Below, piece by piece: positions 37,274-47,281 of a stretch of DNA of 64,000 nucleotides. Location of the stretch: positions 2,894,076-2,958,075 of the forward strand of contig OZ255719.1 of NCBI GenBank assembly GCA_965277245.1, in the 5' to 3' direction. A program made the translations under genes and the position numbers. Numbering within the stretch: position 1 is the first letter of the stretch; each line of letters starts with the position of its first letter. The notes under the pieces were generated by a model. It had not been told where the DNA came from. It did no database searches and was given only the letters and a program-made list of their open reading frames with translations. This DNA comes from Mucilaginibacter sp. (GTDB lineage: Bacteria > Bacteroidota > Bacteroidia > Sphingobacteriales > Sphingobacteriaceae).

Positions 37274-40200
37274 TTACTCATTAACAACCTCTCCAACCAT
37301 TTCACCCAAAATGTCTACAGCCTGATTAATGCCCGCCACACCATCTATACTAATGCGTAGCGTATTTTTTACTTCTTTCATGTTTACCCGGCGGGGGTGG
37401 TATTGCGCATAGTTAAGCACCTGTTTAAAGGCTTCTGTCTCAAAATATGGCGATTGCTGATTGCTAATGAAGTAACCGCGAAGCACATTCTTTTTTAAAG
37501 AGATCTTTTCGAAACCTATTGCTTTACCGAGCCATTGCAGGCGCACCGTGTTCAAAAGATCGTTAACCTGCACCGGCATCGGGCCGAAACGGTCGTTCAG
37601 CTGCTGCTCGAATGTGGTGAGTTCTGCTTCGTTTTCCAGCTTAGAAATTTCGGTGTAAAGGTTATACCGTTCAGATAAATTGGTTACGTACTCATTAGGG
37701 ATCAATATTTCCAAATCGGTATCTATTTGGGTAAAGGCTACAAAAGGGCGTGGCTTCTCGTCGTTGAAAACCTCTTTAAACTCTTCATCTTTCAATTCCT
37801 GAATGGCTTCGTCCAAGATCTTATGGTACATCTCGAAACCAATTTCGGCAATAAAGCCGCTTTGCTCGGCACCCAGCAGATTACCGCTGCCGCGGATGTC
37901 CAGATCGCGCATAGCAACGTTAAAGCCGCTGCCCAGGTCGCTAAATTCTTCAATGGCGCTTAATCGCTTCCTGGCTTCGGGAGTAAGCGTAGATAGCGGC
38001 GGGCTCAGCAAATAACAATAAGCCTTTTTGTTACTTCGCCCTACGCGCCCTCGCATCTGGTGCAGGTCACTTAAGCCAAACATGTGGGCATGATTAATAA
38101 TAATGGTATTGGCGTTAGGGATATCCAAACCGGCCTCTATAATGGTGGTGGCTACGAGCACATCGTATTCGTGGCCAACAAATTTTAGCATCACATCTTC
38201 CAGGTCGTCGCCTTCAAGCTGCCCGTGGGCAATACCTATCCGTGCCTTTGGCACCAGTTTGCGTATCATGCCGCCCAACTGCGTAAGATCGGCAACGCGG
38301 TTATGGATAAAGAAAATTTGCCCGCCCCGGTCTATCTCCTTCTCAACGGCTTCTTTGATCAACTTGTCATTAAAAACATGCAGTTCGGTAACTACGGGCT
38401 GCCGGTTTGGAGGAGGTGTTGATATGATGGAAAGATCGCGTGCGCCCATTAGCGAGAAATGCAGTGTGCGTGGTATTGGAGTTGCTGTTAAGGTTAGCGT
38501 ATCTACATTTACCCGCATTTGCTTTAGCTTCTCTTTGGTGGTTACGCCAAATTTCTGTTCCTCATCAATGATCATGAGGCCCAGGTCTTTAAACTTAACA
38601 TCTTTACTTACCAGCCTGTGTGTGCCAATGATGATATCCACTTTGCCATCAGCAAGCTTTGCAAGGGTATCTTTAATTTGCTTTGCGGTTTTAAACCGGT
38701 TAATGTAATCTATATTGCAAGGGAACCCTTTTAACCGCTCGGTAAAGGTTTTGTAATGCTGCGCAGCCAGAATAGTGGTTGGCACCAATACTGCAACTTG
38801 TTTGCTATCTGCAACGGCCTTAAAGGCGGCTCTTATGGCAACCTCGGTTTTGCCAAAACCTACATCGCCGCAAATCAAACGGTCCATCGGATGCGGCGAT
38901 TCCATGTCCTTTTTAAAATCGGCGGTTGCTTTTTCCTGGTCGGGCGTATCTTCATAAATAAAAGAAGCCTCAAGCTCAGTTTGCATATAACTATCAGGCA
39001 AAAACGCCGTACCCTTTTGCTTTTTGCGGATGGCATAAAGCTTTATCAGGTCGCGGGCAATGTCTTTAACTTTTTTTTTTGTGGTTTTCTTCAGGCGCTC
39101 CCAGGTATCGGTACCCAGTTTGTTTAGCTTAGGAACACTGCCTTCCTTGCCGCTAAATTTAGAAATGCGGTTAAGCGAGTTGATATTTACATAAAGCAGA
39201 TCGTTATCGGCATAAAGCAGCCTGATCATTTCCTGGGTTTTACCATTTACCTCTACCTTTTCGAGGCCGTTGTATTTGCCTATCCCGTGGTCTATATGGG
39301 TCACATAATCGCCTGGCTTTAGTTCTCTTAATTCTTTTAGTGTAATAGCCTGAGTGCGCTGGTACCCTTTGCGAAGTTTGTATTTATAAAATCTGTCGAA
39401 GATCTGGTGATCAGTATATGCAGCTATTTTTTGCTCACGGTCTACAAAACCTTCGCGTATGGAAATATTAACCGGTGTAAACTTTGCTGTTTTATCCAAG
39501 TCTTCAAAAATTGCATACAAGCGCTCCACCTGTTTGGCAGAATCTGTTAGTATGTAATTCTCAATATGGTCTATCTCATTATTCCGGATATTATGGATGA
39601 GCAGGCTAAAATCTTTATTAAACGATGGTTGCGGGCGAATATCAAAGTTAATGGCGTTGGCACCTTCATAAAAAAATTGTTTACCAAACTCAACAACGGC
39701 AAAGTCGCGCAGCTGGTCGGCAATTAATTTCTCGTCAGTAAAGCTAAACTTGGGGTCTATCCAATCGGGGTTTTGGTTCCTTTCTTCTACCGATAAAGCT
39801 TTCCAAAGCTGCGTTGCCTTTTTATAACCGTCTTGAATAATGTCAATGGTAAACTGTACATCCTTTATCCAAACCTGTGTACCGCGCTCTGCATATTCCA
39901 GTATGGTAATGTTGTTTTCTGTCAGGAATTTCGACTGTACATTGGGTACAATGGTTATGGTTTTAATTTGCTCTACAGAAAGCTGGCTCTCTATTTCAAA
40001 CGTCCTTATCGATTCTATAAAGTCGCTGAAAAATTCTACCCGGTAAGGCAGCTCGTGCGAAAACGAAAAGATATCTACAATGCCGCCGCGAACAGAGAAC
40101 TGACCGGGTTCATACACAAAATCAACGCGCTCAAAATCATATTCTATCAGGAACTCGTTAATAAAATCGATACCTAAATTGGTGCCAACAGCTATTTCGA

Positions 40201-40630
40201 GTGTATTTTTTTCCAGCGAAACACGATCTATTACCTTTTCGGCAATAGCTTCGGGATAGGTAACTATTAATTTGCCGACAGACCTGGTATGGTTAAGGTC
40301 GTTCAATACCTCGGCCCGGGCCAAAACATTGCTGCTATCGGGCTGGGTAAACTCAAATGCCTTACGGTATGATGATGGGAAAAGCAAAACTTCCTGCCCT
40401 ATAAGGTTTTCCAGGTCGGCCTGAAAATAGCTGGCTTCTTCACGGTCGGGCAGTACGAATATCATGTGCTGGTGCTGCAAAAACCACAAAGCTACCGCTA
40501 CCGTTGCATCACTGGATCCAACGAGCCCGCGCAATTGTATCCGGGGGCTTTTCGCAGAATTTAACGCCGTTGCCAGCGCCTGCACCCTGCTATCGCCCTT
40601 GTAGCGCTCTAATATGTCGCGAATATTCAA
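37274..40630 (-). CDS. mfd: transcription-repair coupling factor
   Basis: TTG start; CarD-like 'YVTHIDHGIGKY', 'CGDVGFGKTEVA', 'DEEQKFG', 'TATPIPRT', 'QMRGRVGRS'. Confidence 0.97.
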   Translation of the reverse strand: MNIRDILERYKGDSRVQALATALNSAKSPRIQLRGLVGSSDATVAVALWFLQHQHMIFVLPDREEASYFQADLENLIGQEVLLFPSSYRKAFEFTQPDSSNVLARAEVLNDLNHTRSVGKLIVTYPEAIAEKVIDRVSLEKNTLEIAVGTNLGIDFINEFLIEYDFERVDFVYEPGQFSVRGGIVDIFSFSHELPYRVEFFSDFIESIRTFEIESQLSVEQIKTITIVPNVQSKFLTENNITILEYAERGTQVWIKDVQFTIDIIQDGYKKATQLWKALSVEERNQNPDWIDPKFSFTDEKLIADQLRDFAVVEFGKQFFYEGANAINFDIRPQPSFNKDFSLLIHNIRNNEIDHIENYILTDSAKQVERLYAIFEDLDKTAKFTPVNISIREGFVDREQKIAAYTDHQIFDRFYKYKLRKGYQRTQAITLKELRELKPGDYVTHIDHGIGKYNGLEKVEVNGKTQEMIRLLYADNDLLYVNINSLNRISKFSGKEGSVPKLNKLGTDTWERLKKTTKKKVKDIARDLIKLYAIRKKQKGTAFLPDSYMQTELEASFIYEDTPDQEKATADFKKDMESPHPMDRLICGDVGFGKTEVAIRAAFKAVADSKQVAVLVPTTILAAQHYKTFTERLKGFPCNIDYINRFKTAKQIKDTLAKLADGKVDIIIGTHRLVSKDVKFKDLGLMIIDEEQKFGVTTKEKLKQMRVNVDTLTLTATPIPRTLHFSLMGARDLSIISTPPPNRQPVVTELHVFNDKLIKEAVEKEIDRGGQIFFIHNRVADLTQLGGMIRKLVPKARIGIAHGQLEGDDLEDVMLKFVGHEYDVLVATTIIEAGLDIPNANTIIINHAHMFGLSDLHQMRGRVGRSNKKAYCYLLSPPLSTLTPEARKRLSAIEEFSDLGSGFNVAMRDLDIRGSGNLLGAEQSGFIAEIGFEMYHKILDEAIQELKDEEFKEVFNDEKPRPFVAFTQIDTDLEILIPNEYVTNLSERYNLYTEISKLENEAELTTFEQQLNDRFGPMPVQVNDLLNTVRLQWLGKAIGFEKISLKKNVLRGYFISNQQSPYFETEAFKQVLNYAQYHPRRVNMKEVKNTLRISIDGVAGINQAVDILGEMVGEVVNE

Positions 40631-40738
40631 ACTGTTGCAAATATATGAAAAACCCCTTAAGCCCGAATTTGGGTCCAGGCCAGATGGTTCTACAACATAA
40701 ACTTTTACAAAACGATTTAAAAATTATCATCTTGCAAT

Positions 40739-41860
40739 ATGTACAGGATAAACAAATTACAACCTACAAATAATTTTCGGGTGTTGATGTTGACTGCTTT
40801 GGCCTGCTGTTATTTAGCGAAGGGGTTTTGTCAACCCGGGCAATCAAGCCACACCTCTGGCAATCCTATTTTTCCGGGCTGGTATGCCGATCCGGAGGCA
40901 ACAATTTTCGATCATACCTATTGGATCTATCCCACCTACTCGGGCGATACTTCAAAAATATATCAACCGGTCGGTTTGTCTGCCAGGCAAATTGAGATCC
41001 GTAAAAACACAATTAGCAAGGGCTATCTTAAACAAACATTTTTAGATGCTTTTTCATCTAAAGATCTCATCACCTGGACTAAGCATTCGCGCGTGCTCGA
41101 TATTAAAAACATTGCCTGGGCGGGTTATTCCATCTGGGCGCCATCTATCACTAAAAAAGATGGCAAGTATTATTTGTTTTTCGGCGCAAACGATATTCAG
41201 AACGACAACCAGCCAGGTGGCATTGGCGTGGCGGTATCAGACAAACCCGGAGGGCCTTTTGTTGACTACCTGGGTAAACCGCTTGTCGACAAATTTTATA
41301 ACGGCGCCCAGCCGATAGACCAGTTTATCTTTCATGACACTGACGGGAAATATTACCTCATATACGGCGGCTGGCAGCATTGCAATATTGGGCAGATGAA
41401 ACCCGACTTTACAGGGTTTATTCCTTTTGCAGATGGAAATATATTTAGATCAATCACCCCGGAAAACTATGTTGAAGGCCCGTATATGATCAAACGTAAA
41501 AACAAATACTATTTGATGTGGAGCGAAGGCGGCTGGACAGGACCGGATTATAGCGTTGCCTATGCCATTGGCGATTCGCCATTGGGGCCGTTTAAGCGCA
41601 TAGGTAAAATATTAAAGCAAGATCCGGAAATTGCAACCGGGGCCGGTCATCACTCGGTATTGCACATACCCGGTACTGACGACTGGTATATCGTATACCA
41701 TCGCAGGCCGTTGGGCGTAACAGAAGGTAACCATCGGGAGGTTTGCATTGATAAAATGTATTTTGATAAGGACGGTTACATTTTACCGGTTAAAATATCT
41801 AAAGAAGGTGTGGACAAACGGGTAATTGCGAACCTTAAATACTCTCCGTTTAAAAATTAG
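40739..41860 (+). CDS. glycoside hydrolase family 43
   Basis: 'GWYADPE', 'WAPS', 'QPIDQFIF', 'EGP', 'GAGHHS'; signal peptide; start uncertain. Confidence 0.88.
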   Translation: MYRINKLQPTNNFRVLMLTALACCYLAKGFCQPGQSSHTSGNPIFPGWYADPEATIFDHTYWIYPTYSGDTSKIYQPVGLSARQIEIRKNTISKGYLKQTFLDAFSSKDLITWTKHSRVLDIKNIAWAGYSIWAPSITKKDGKYYLFFGANDIQNDNQPGGIGVAVSDKPGGPFVDYLGKPLVDKFYNGAQPIDQFIFHDTDGKYYLIYGGWQHCNIGQMKPDFTGFIPFADGNIFRSITPENYVEGPYMIKRKNKYYLMWSEGGWTGPDYSVAYAIGDSPLGPFKRIGKILKQDPEIATGAGHHSVLHIPGTDDWYIVYHRRPLGVTEGNHREVCIDKMYFDKDGYILPVKISKEGVDKRVIANLKYSPFKN

Positions 41861-41954
41861 CGGTTAAAACAAACAATCTGCTTGTATCAATCCTTTTAAA
41901 TGGAAGCCGAAATATTCGGCCTTGAATGCAAATACAATAACCAAACTCTTTACA

Positions 41955-42362
41955 ATGAAAAACGCAATATTATCCGGACTGATCATAGGAATTTTAAGCG
42001 GGCTTTGGCTTTTTGTTATGCGCTGGGCCGGTTACGATACCTTTTCAGATAAAACCTCGCCTATTGAATATGTATCTATCCTGATCCCGATATTGGGTTT
42101 ATACTTTGGTGTAAGGAGCTATCGTAAAAATGTGTTAAACGGGCAAATGGGCTTTTTAGAGGGTTTGGTAGAAAGCTTTAAAATATTGATAGTTGGCGGC
42201 GTTGTTGCTGTTTTTGCCGGTATCGTTTATATCAATTACGTTGCTGCCCAAAGCAATTTTCAGGATTTTTCGGGGCGGATCTTCGGGGCGTTATTAATTG
42301 GATTATTGTCGGCCCTGGCGGTATCTTTATTGCTGATGACAAAGCCGGAAAAAGTTGAATAG
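41955..42362 (+). CDS. DUF4199-like membrane protein
   Basis: Four hydrophobic segments; 'YFGVRSYR....GQMGFLEG'. Confidence 0.7.
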   Translation: MKNAILSGLIIGILSGLWLFVMRWAGYDTFSDKTSPIEYVSILIPILGLYFGVRSYRKNVLNGQMGFLEGLVESFKILIVGGVVAVFAGIVYINYVAAQSNFQDFSGRIFGALLIGLLSALAVSLLLMTKPEKVE

Positions 42363-42636
42363 ATTTTTTAAAAATAACCGGGAAATAATTTTCTGGGCAA
42401 TGGCTATCCTGGCTTTGGGCTTAACAGACCCTGGTGCGGATAGCCATTTTATTTTATGCCCGTTTAAGCTGGCGGGTATTACGTGGTGCCCTGGTTGTGG
42501 CATAGGCCATGCTATATCATGGCTGCTGCATGGCAATATCCATAAATCGTTAAAAGCACATTGGTTTGGCATGCCCGCGTTATTTATTATTTTGTATCGT
42601 ATTTGCGATTTGATATATTTGAGAATCACACAATAA
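42355..42636 (+). CDS. DUF2752-like membrane protein
   Basis: 'LCPFK..G.TWCPGCGIGHA' Cys motif. Confidence 0.8.
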   Translation: MNRFFKNNREIIFWAMAILALGLTDPGADSHFILCPFKLAGITWCPGCGIGHAISWLLHGNIHKSLKAHWFGMPALFIILYRICDLIYLRITQ

Positions 42637-42656
42637 TCATTTCAAAGCCTGCTGAT

Positions 42657-43013
42657 ATGGACCCTAACTTTTTTGCCTCACTACCCAATGCCACGTACGA
42701 AGAAATAGCTTTTGTACAACAAACCACTACCGGTTTATCAGATCCGCAGCAGCAAACCTTTATGAATATTTATTACAGCCGCCGTAAAAGCGCGCAAGAT
42801 ATTCTAATTTTTACATTGTTAGGCTTTGTTGGTTTTGCGGGCATTCAGCGCTTTGTGCTGGGGCAAATTGGTATGGGTATTTTGTATTTTTTTACCGGCG
42901 GGCTATGCCTTGTGGGTACTATAGTAGATCTGGTTAATCATAAAAGCCTTGCTAACGAGTATAACCGCAAAATGGCTTATGAAAGTATGGAAATAGCCAG
43001 AATGATGATCTAA
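42657..43013 (+). CDS. TM2 domain protein
   Basis: 'GFVGFAGIQRFVLGQIGMGILYFFTGGLCLVGTIVD'. Confidence 0.85.
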   Translation: MDPNFFASLPNATYEEIAFVQQTTTGLSDPQQQTFMNIYYSRRKSAQDILIFTLLGFVGFAGIQRFVLGQIGMGILYFFTGGLCLVGTIVDLVNHKSLANEYNRKMAYESMEIARMMI

Positions 43014-43046
43014 AAACACTTAATTATCCTCCCGGAAAGTCATTAC

Positions 43047-43574
43047 CTATAACAACGGGAAGTATCGTTTTCTTACCAAATTGTTGTGATGGATATTATG
43101 ACCAACGGTAAACCAGCCTAAGCTGCGGGCAGAGTACACCTCTTTGCCGGGAAGATCTTTAAAATCCAGCATTTCTTCAGTCATCGTTTTGAAAAGGGTA
43201 ATTGTAGCGTTGCGAACTGCGGCATATTCTTCGGCAACATCTGCCATTGTTCGGTTTTGTGCATTAAAGTCCTAAGTATATTCTTTACTCATCGGCACTT
43301 CCAGGAACACATCCATACGGCGCGAATAGCATACAGCCTTGTAGGTATAATACCGTTCTTCATCTACCAGATGGATGAAAACCTGTTTCAGCGACCATTT
43401 ATCTTCGCGGTATTTAAAATTTTGTTTATCGTAGGAGATAGTATTCAGGATAGCTAATGTTTGCTCTTTACAATTTTCCAGTGCTTCTATCAGGTCATCA
43501 CCCGCCGCCAGGTTAAAAAAAGCCGCATACCAGGGCGGGGCATCTGCAAAATGTGGGCGGCCAATTTTTATCAT
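43047..43574 (-). pseudogene. DinB-family protein split by a single in-frame TAG (43272-43274)
   Basis: The two track ORFs share one frame: ..EVPMSKEYT*DFNAQNRTMADVAEEY.. DinB motifs 'KWSLKQVFIHLVDEER' and 'GHNIHH' flank the stop. Confidence 0.75.
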
Positions 43575-43662
43575 ATCACGTTGTTGCTTAATTTCGAAGA
43601 TACAATTTGCCCGGCAATGTTAAAAACTATCGCTTGTGCGTATATTGCCGCTGTTAAAAGCT

Positions 43663-44760
43663 ATGAAAATTTCAGAACTTACCGCCTTTCTCGAAAGCCT
43701 TGCACCGCTTGCTTATCAGGAAGATTTTGACAATTCGGGCCTGATTGTGGGGCATGCCGATCAGGAAATAAACCACGCGCTTATTTCGCTTGATTGTACA
43801 GAAGCAATTGTTGATGAAGCTATTGCAACCGGATGTGACGTTATTATATCGCACCATCCAGTTGTTTTTAAGGGCCTGAAAAAATTTAATGGTAGAACCT
43901 ATGTAGAGCGCGTGGTTGAAAAAGCCATACGCCACCAAATAGCCATCTATGCCATACATACCAATCTGGATAATGTAATGGACGGCGTTAATCACCGTAT
44001 ATGCGACATTCTCGGTTTACAGAATTGCCATATCTTACTGCCTAAACAAAATTTATTAAAAAAGCTGGTTACTTATGTGCCTTATGAGCAGGCAGAACAG
44101 GTGCGCAAAGCGTTGTTTAAAGCAGGCGCAGGGAACATTGGCGATTACAGCGAATGCAGTTTTAATGCAGCGGGTACCGGTACTTTCAAACCCGGCGAAA
44201 ATACCGACCCTTTTGTTGGTGAAATTGGCACACAACACCAAGAACCCGAAGTTAGGGTTGAAACCATTTATCCCGCGCAACTGGAGAGCAAAGTATTAAT
44301 GGCGTTAGTACTGGCCCATCCCTATGAAGAGGTAGCTTATGACCTTTACCAATTAAGTAATCAGTACCAGCAAATAGGCTCGGGTATGGTAGGAGAATTA
44401 GAGCATCCTTTTTTAGAAGATGATTTTCTGCGTCATGTTAAAAATTGTTTAAACGCAAAGGTTATCCGTTATACAGAACTGCGAGACAAGCCCGTTAAAA
44501 AAGTGGCCGTTTGCGGAGGTTCGGGCGGCTTCTTGTTAAAGCAGGCTATTGCTGCCGGGGCCGATGTTTTTATCACGGCCGATTACAAGTACCATGAGTT
44601 TTTTGATGCCGAGAGAAAAATAGTAATTGCCGACGTGGGACATTTTGAAAGTGAGCAGTTTACACAGCATTTATTACTTGAAAAATTAACAGAAAAATTT
44701 GTTAACTTTGCCGTCCGTTTAACAGAAGTAAATACAAACCCCATAAAATATTTTATTTGA
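43663..44760 (+). CDS. Nif3-like dinuclear metal center hexameric protein
   Basis: 'DNSGLIVG', 'ISHHP', 'HTNLD', 'KVAVCGGSG', 'GHFESE'. Confidence 0.93.
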   Translation: MKISELTAFLESLAPLAYQEDFDNSGLIVGHADQEINHALISLDCTEAIVDEAIATGCDVIISHHPVVFKGLKKFNGRTYVERVVEKAIRHQIAIYAIHTNLDNVMDGVNHRICDILGLQNCHILLPKQNLLKKLVTYVPYEQAEQVRKALFKAGAGNIGDYSECSFNAAGTGTFKPGENTDPFVGEIGTQHQEPEVRVETIYPAQLESKVLMALVLAHPYEEVAYDLYQLSNQYQQIGSGMVGELEHPFLEDDFLRHVKNCLNAKVIRYTELRDKPVKKVAVCGGSGGFLLKQAIAAGADVFITADYKYHEFFDAERKIVIADVGHFESEQFTQHLLLEKLTEKFVNFAVRLTEVNTNPIKYFI

Positions 44761-45503
44761 TGGAACAAACCATAGAACAAAAGCTAAAGGCTTTATTCGA
44801 ATTACAAACCATACATACCAAGATAGACAAGATACGCCAGGTTAGGGGCGAATTGCCTATGGAAGTTGCAGATTTGGAAGATGATGTTGCCCAGTTAGAA
44901 ACTCGTATCCAAAAGATCAAAGCAGAGCTTGATGACCTGGAAGATGATATCGTGACCCGCAAAAACCTCATCAAAGATGCACAGGCAAATACTAAAAAAT
45001 ACGAAGCGCAGTTGGGCGAAGTAAAAAATAACCGCGAGTATGATGCAATTTCTAAGGAGATTGAAATACAGGGGTTAGATGTGCAGGTTAGCGAAAAAAA
45101 GATCAGGGAGTTTGAATACGAAATAGGTAACAAAACCCAGATATACGAGAAAGCGGTTGCAGATCTTGAAGCACGCAAGAGCGATCTTGACGCAAAGAAA
45201 GACGAACTTGGCACGATCACGGCCGAAACCCAAAAAGAAGAAAATGAACTTACCGGCCAGGCCGATAAAGCTACAGACGGTATTGAGTCGCGTTTACTTA
45301 TTGCTTATACCCGTTTACGCCAAAATGCAAAGAATGGCTTAGCCGTGGTAACTATACAGCGCGATTCATGTTCGGGTTGTTTTAATCAGATCCCGCCTCA
45401 GCGCCAGTCTGACATACGCCAGCGTAAAAAAATAATTGTTTGCGAACATTGCGGCCGTATTTTGGTTGATGAGCAAACAGCGCTCGAGCCCGAAACAGTT
45501 TAA
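44757..45503 (+). CDS. coiled-coil protein with C4 zinc ribbon (DUF164-like)
   Basis: Long coiled coil, then 'CSGCF...CEHCGRIL'. Confidence 0.9.
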   Translation: MMEQTIEQKLKALFELQTIHTKIDKIRQVRGELPMEVADLEDDVAQLETRIQKIKAELDDLEDDIVTRKNLIKDAQANTKKYEAQLGEVKNNREYDAISKEIEIQGLDVQVSEKKIREFEYEIGNKTQIYEKAVADLEARKSDLDAKKDELGTITAETQKEENELTGQADKATDGIESRLLIAYTRLRQNAKNGLAVVTIQRDSCSGCFNQIPPQRQSDIRQRKKIIVCEHCGRILVDEQTALEPETV

Positions 45504-45524
45504 TACCGTTTAAATATTAAATAC

Positions 45525-45556
45525 AGGCGCCCGTTTAGTTAACGGGCGCCTTTTTT
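45525..45556 (+). terminator. intrinsic terminator
   Basis: AGGCGCCCGTT-TAGTT-AACGGGCGCCT plus T run. Confidence 0.85.
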
Positions 45557-45559
45557 GTT

Positions 45560-47041
45560 ATGATAAAAAAGACTTTACTATCTGTAATCTTACTTTTTGC
45601 TGCAGTATCTGCTTTTGCCAATTTTGATTTCAATACCAATTGCCAGCATGCCTACGAAAACATCTTAAGCCTTAAATTAAAAAAGGCCAGGGTGCTTATA
45701 GATCAGGAAAAAGCCGCTCATCCAACAAATGGTATTACTACACTGCTGGATAACTATTACGATTATTTTTGGTTACTCACTACCGATAACAAAGCAGACT
45801 TCGACAGGCTTAAACAAAATAAAGGCAAACGTTTAACCCTTTTGGAAGATGAAGACCGAAACTCCCCTTATTATAACTTTGCCCTTGCACAGGTAAACCT
45901 GCAATGGGCACTCATACACAGCCGTTTTGGAGAAAATACTACAGCAGGATTTGAGATAAATAAAGCATTTAAGCTGCTACAGGCTAACAGTAAAAAATTT
46001 CCGGCTTTCCTGCCCGATGATATTCCTTTAGGTGTGGTTAATGTTTTACTTGGCGCCCTGCCAGATGGTGCGCTAAAAAGTACCCTTGGATTTTTTGGCG
46101 TTAAAGGAAGTTTAGCAACAGGGATGAGCAGCCTGCAACAATTGGCGGTTAAATTGCCCCGTTCGGGCTATGCTTTTTATTACGATGAACTGGTTTTTTA
46201 CTTAACATACATACAGTCATACGTTATAACCGACCCAAAAGCGTATGAAAAAATGCAGCAGTATACTACCGGTATGGATAACAGCAGCTTACTAAAAACC
46301 TATATAAAAAGTTTTGTAGCTATGCGCACAGGCCACAGCACCGAAACCATAGATTATGTGGAACGCCGGCCGGCCGGCCCGGATTATCAGACCTATCCGT
46401 ATTTGACCTATTTAACCGCGATAGCTAAAATGAACCGCCTGGATAAAAATGCTGACGAATATTTTAAGGCCTTTTTGATAGAAACTAAGGGGGTAAGCTA
46501 TATTAAAGATTCCTATTTGCACCTGGCGTGGTCCGTTCTGTTAAATGGTGATCAGAAAGCATATCAAAATTATATCTCGCTGGTAAAAACCAAGGGTTAT
46601 TTGTTTAATGATAAAGATAATCAGGCCGTTACAGAAGCTGCGAACCCGGTAGCCAATACAGATCTGCTTAAAGCGCGTTTATTATTTGACGGAGGGTTCT
46701 ACGATAAGGCGCTTAAAATTTTAAATGAGAAAAACCCGGCAAATTTTATCACCGTAGCAGAGCGGACAGAATATTATTACCGCTTAGGGCGCATATATGA
46801 TGCCATGGAAAAATACGACGACGCTTTGCGTAACTATCAGTTAGCTATAACGTTTGGCAAAGGGACACCATTTTATTACGCACCCACCGCAGCTGTTAAG
46901 ATCGGGAATATATACGAAATGCAAAAGAACAAGCCCGAAGCAACACACTATTACAATATGGCCATAGCATTTAAAAATCACCAATACGAAAACAGTATTG
47001 AGCAAAAGGCCAAAGAAGGCTTAAAGCGTTTAGGGTATTAA
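45560..47041 (+). CDS. secreted tetratricopeptide-repeat protein
   Basis: Signal peptide; helical repeats such as 'EYYYRLGRIYDAM..YDDALRNY'. Confidence 0.8.
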   Translation: MIKKTLLSVILLFAAVSAFANFDFNTNCQHAYENILSLKLKKARVLIDQEKAAHPTNGITTLLDNYYDYFWLLTTDNKADFDRLKQNKGKRLTLLEDEDRNSPYYNFALAQVNLQWALIHSRFGENTTAGFEINKAFKLLQANSKKFPAFLPDDIPLGVVNVLLGALPDGALKSTLGFFGVKGSLATGMSSLQQLAVKLPRSGYAFYYDELVFYLTYIQSYVITDPKAYEKMQQYTTGMDNSSLLKTYIKSFVAMRTGHSTETIDYVERRPAGPDYQTYPYLTYLTAIAKMNRLDKNADEYFKAFLIETKGVSYIKDSYLHLAWSVLLNGDQKAYQNYISLVKTKGYLFNDKDNQAVTEAANPVANTDLLKARLLFDGGFYDKALKILNEKNPANFITVAERTEYYYRLGRIYDAMEKYDDALRNYQLAITFGKGTPFYYAPTAAVKIGNIYEMQKNKPEATHYYNMAIAFKNHQYENSIEQKAKEGLKRLGY

Positions 47042-47281
47042 ATTATCAGATTCAATTAAGAGTCGGGATAAACGGCAACGAAGCATCTTAAACCTGTAAC
47101 GGTATTGTAGGTATAGGCAGTAGACTTCAAATAAGAGTATCTAATAAATTAATCATATGGGCCCCAAACCTTTATAAGTATAGGGACGGGACGACAAAAT
47201 AAAGGGTATGCATAGATATGATGAATGGAATTTTGGAGTGAGATATTCGAAACTCATTGTTCGATATTTTTATATATCTGA

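Noticed and set aside
9690-43274. Genome-wide TAG recoding or amber suppression suggested by two in-frame TAGs
   Set aside because: Several intact genes end in TAG (for example rmuC and the DUF4175-like gene). The two tRNAs read CCC and CCT, not CUA, and no pyl genes are present.
47042-47281. 240-bp gap between convergent TPR and beta-barrel genes with AAAGGTTTGGGG resembling the sRNA core
   Set aside because: The similarity is short and imperfect, with no matching hairpin/terminator architecture and no credible ORF.
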